Of a DNA stretch of 52,033 bases, positions 48,058-52,033 are shown one piece after another. Made by a program: the position numbers and the translations under genes. Within the stretch, counting starts at the first letter, position 1, and every line of letters begins with the position of its first letter. This stretch comes from Desulfuromonadales bacterium. Lineage in GTDB: Bacteria > Desulfobacterota > Desulfuromonadia > Desulfuromonadales > Syntrophotaleaceae. Location: NCBI GenBank assembly GCA_030613545.1, contig JAUWLU010000001.1, positions 1 to 52,033 of the forward strand, in the 5' to 3' direction. The notes under the pieces were generated by a model. It did no database searches and was not told the origin of the DNA. It saw nothing but the letters and a program-made list of their open reading frames with translations.

Positions 48058-50527
48058 CAATATCATCTTCTGCAGCTTCTGTATCTCCATCGACCTCATC
48101 CTTTTCGGCCAGTTTGGCGACCGCCACGATCCGTTCATCGCTTTCGAGGACCATCAACCGGACCCCTTGCGTGTTGCGGCCGATGATGGACAGATCGCAG
48201 ACACCGGTGCGCAGCACCTTGCCACGATCGGTGATGAACATCAGGTCGAAATCGTCACAGATCAGTTTGATATCGACCACATGCCCGTTGCGATCGGAGG
48301 TCTTGATGGTGATGATGCCCTTGCCGCCCCGTCCCTGCAGCCGGTACTCATCGAGATCGGTGCGCTTGCCGTAACCGTTTTCGGTGACCGTCACCAAGGT
48401 GGCGGAGGTGGCTTCGGTCACTACCTCCATGCCGATCACCCGGTCGTCCCCTTCGAGCTGCATACCCCGCACGCCACGGGAAGTGCGTCCCATGGCCCGC
48501 ACATCCTTTTCGCCGAAGCGGATCGCCTTGCCGTTGCGGCTGGCCAGCAGTACATCCATAGAGCCATCGGACAGGCGGGTCGAAACCAGCCGATCCCCTT
48601 CATCGATGGTCAAGGCAATGATGCCGCCGACGCGGGGGTTGGCGTAGGCCATCAGATCGGTCTTTTTGACGATGCCGTTATGGGTGGCGGTAATGATGAA
48701 CTTGCCCTCGCTGAATTCCTTGACCGGCAAGATCGAGGTGATGTTCTCGCCACTAGCCAGTTGCAGCAGATTGACGATCGCCTTACCGCGAGCCGCACGG
48801 CCACCCTGGGGAATCTCGTGAACCTTGAGCCAGTAGACCTTGCCGAGATCGGTGAAAATCAGAATATAGGAATGGGTCGAAGCGATGAACAGCTGCTCGA
48901 CAAAATCCTCTTCCTTAGGACGCATGCCGGTCTTGCCCTTGCCGCCGCGCCGTTGGGCACGATAAAGCGAGACCGCGTTACGCTTGATATAGCCGGTGTG
49001 CGAGACGGTCACCACCATATCCTCTTCAATAATGAGGTCCTCAAGGGACAGCTCACCGGTCTTTTCGATGATTTCGGTGCGGCGTGCATTGCCGAACCGC
49101 TCACGGATATCGACCAGTTCCTGCTTGATGATTTTGAGGATTTCCACCTCGCTGGCCAGAATCTCCTTGAGACGGGCGATTTGGGCCATGATTTCCTGAT
49201 ATTCGGCGATTATTTTATCCCGCTCGAGACCGGTCAGGCGATGCAGGCGCATATCGAGAATGGCCTGGGTCTGCAAAGCGGTAAAAGAGAAGCGATCTAT
49301 AAGACGCTGCTTAGCCTCGGCTGGACTGCTCGAACTCTTGATGATAGTGATCACCTCGTCGAGATTCTCCAGGGCGATCTTTAGACCTTCCAGGATATGA
49401 GCCCGAGCTTCGGCTTTTTTCAGCTCAAAGATACACCGCCGAGTGACGATCTCTTTACGGTGGTCAACAAAGCGATCCAAGACCTCGCGCAGCGCCAGAA
49501 CCCGAGGCTGGCCGGAGACGATGGCTAGCATGATGATACCGAAAGACGACTGCATGGCGGTCATCTTGTAGAGCTGATTGAGGGTCACCTCGGGGATGAC
49601 GTCCTTTTTCAGCTCGACCACCACGCGAATCCCGTCCCGGTCTGATTCGTCTCGCAGATCGGAGATTCCCTCGATCTTTTTGTCTTTAATCAGATCGGCA
49701 ATTTTTTCGATCAGTCGCGCCTTGTTAACCTGAAAAGGAAGTGCCGTGACCACGATACGTTCGCGGCTGGTGCGACGGTCCTTTTCCACCAGGGCCCGGG
49801 CCCGCATCTTAATGATGCCGCGGCCGGTGCGGTAAGCCCGGTGAATTTCTTCTCGACCGAGAATGAATCCGGCTGTGGGAAAATCCGGTCCGGGGATAAA
49901 CTTCAGCAATTCCTCAAAAGTCAGAGCCGGGTCATCAATGACCGCGATCAGACCGTCGATGACCTCGCTGAGATTATGGGGTGGTATCTTGGTCGCCATG
50001 CCAACGGCGATCCCTTCCGATCCGTTGACCAGCAAATTGGGAAATTTGCAAGGCAGCACCAACGGTTCTTCCAGGGAGCCATCGTAGTTCTCTCCAAAAT
50101 CGACCGTTTCTTTATCCAGATCGGTCAACAGTTCATGGGCCAGGCGATCCATGCGCACCTCGGTGTAACGCATGGCAGCAGCCGAATCGCCATCAACAGA
50201 ACCGAAGTTTCCCTGGCCGTCGACCAGGGGGTAACGCATGGAAAATTCCTGAGCCATACGGACGATGGTATCGTACACCGCCGTGTCGCCATGGGGGTGA
50301 TACTTACCAATGACATCACCGACCACACGTGCCGACTTCTTGTAGGGCTTGTTATAATCATTATTCAGCTCGCTCATGGCGAACAAAACCCGTCGATGCA
50401 CCGGCTTCAGGCCGTCGCGGATGTCGGGCAGAGCCCGGCCTATAATGACACTCATGGCATAGTCCATATAGGACTTGCGCATCTCGTCTTCGATATTGAC
50501 GCTAACCTTGTTCTGTTCCGAAAGCAT
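48026..50527 (-). CDS. gyrA: DNA gyrase subunit A
   Basis: YHPHGD, AAMRYTE, GyrA-box QRRGGKG. Confidence 0.98.
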   Translation of the reverse strand: MLSEQNKVSVNIEDEMRKSYMDYAMSVIIGRALPDIRDGLKPVHRRVLFAMSELNNDYNKPYKKSARVVGDVIGKYHPHGDTAVYDTIVRMAQEFSMRYPLVDGQGNFGSVDGDSAAAMRYTEVRMDRLAHELLTDLDKETVDFGENYDGSLEEPLVLPCKFPNLLVNGSEGIAVGMATKIPPHNLSEVIDGLIAVIDDPALTFEELLKFIPGPDFPTAGFILGREEIHRAYRTGRGIIKMRARALVEKDRRTSRERIVVTALPFQVNKARLIEKIADLIKDKKIEGISDLRDESDRDGIRVVVELKKDVIPEVTLNQLYKMTAMQSSFGIIMLAIVSGQPRVLALREVLDRFVDHRKEIVTRRCIFELKKAEARAHILEGLKIALENLDEVITIIKSSSSPAEAKQRLIDRFSFTALQTQAILDMRLHRLTGLERDKIIAEYQEIMAQIARLKEILASEVEILKIIKQELVDIRERFGNARRTEIIEKTGELSLEDLIIEEDMVVTVSHTGYIKRNAVSLYRAQRRGGKGKTGMRPKEEDFVEQLFIASTHSYILIFTDLGKVYWLKVHEIPQGGRAARGKAIVNLLQLASGENITSILPVKEFSEGKFIITATHNGIVKKTDLMAYANPRVGGIIALTIDEGDRLVSTRLSDGSMDVLLASRNGKAIRFGEKDVRAMGRTSRGVRGMQLEGDDRVIGMEVVTEATSATLVTVTENGYGKRTDLDEYRLQGRGGKGIITIKTSDRNGHVVDIKLICDDFDLMFITDRGKVLRTGVCDLSIIGRNTQGVRLMVLESDERIVAVAKLAEKDEVDGDTEAAEDDIDGGEAAPEEE

Positions 50528-50587
50528 CCAAATCCTCCGGGGGTTCACTAGATAACCCCGTAAATAGTCTATTCCTACGCCCGTTCC

Positions 50588-52033
<1,446 letters not shown>

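Overview
A 52-kb, GC-rich chromosomal segment whose gene content and order look like Desulfuromonadia (Desulfuromonas/Geobacter-like). It ends inside gyrB, so it probably lies next to the replication origin, and most genes are on the minus strand. Housekeeping genes include cmoAB, cls, rubrerythrin, Ktr/Trk K+ uptake, uvrA, pdxA, two SurA/PpiC foldases, mfd, nadA, tatA/B-tatC, an ABC exporter, alkaline phosphatase, uvrB, rfaD, a JAB-DinG helicase, rtcB-archease, the F0 atp genes, HD-GYP, an alanine aminotransferase, PBP1A, nth, gpsA and gyrA/gyrB. No rRNA, tRNA, CRISPR array, transposase or prophage was seen. The best discovery candidate is an unannotated 31-aa Ala-rich leader peptide (41906-42001, minus strand) with a complete protector/antiterminator/terminator set upstream of the AlaA-type aminotransferase. 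This is a predicted alanine-sensing ribosome-mediated attenuator. Other signals: a ~480-bp non-coding repeat family whose ends carry a covarying pseudoknot plus mirror-repeat (triplex) module; two same-architecture DnaA-box triplets, one inside dinG; a MITE that duplicated the nadA Shine-Dalgarno; REP-like ends that supply stop codons; and two paralogous 66-aa orphan proteins flanking the phosphatase. Some odd residues in conserved proteins look like base-calling errors.
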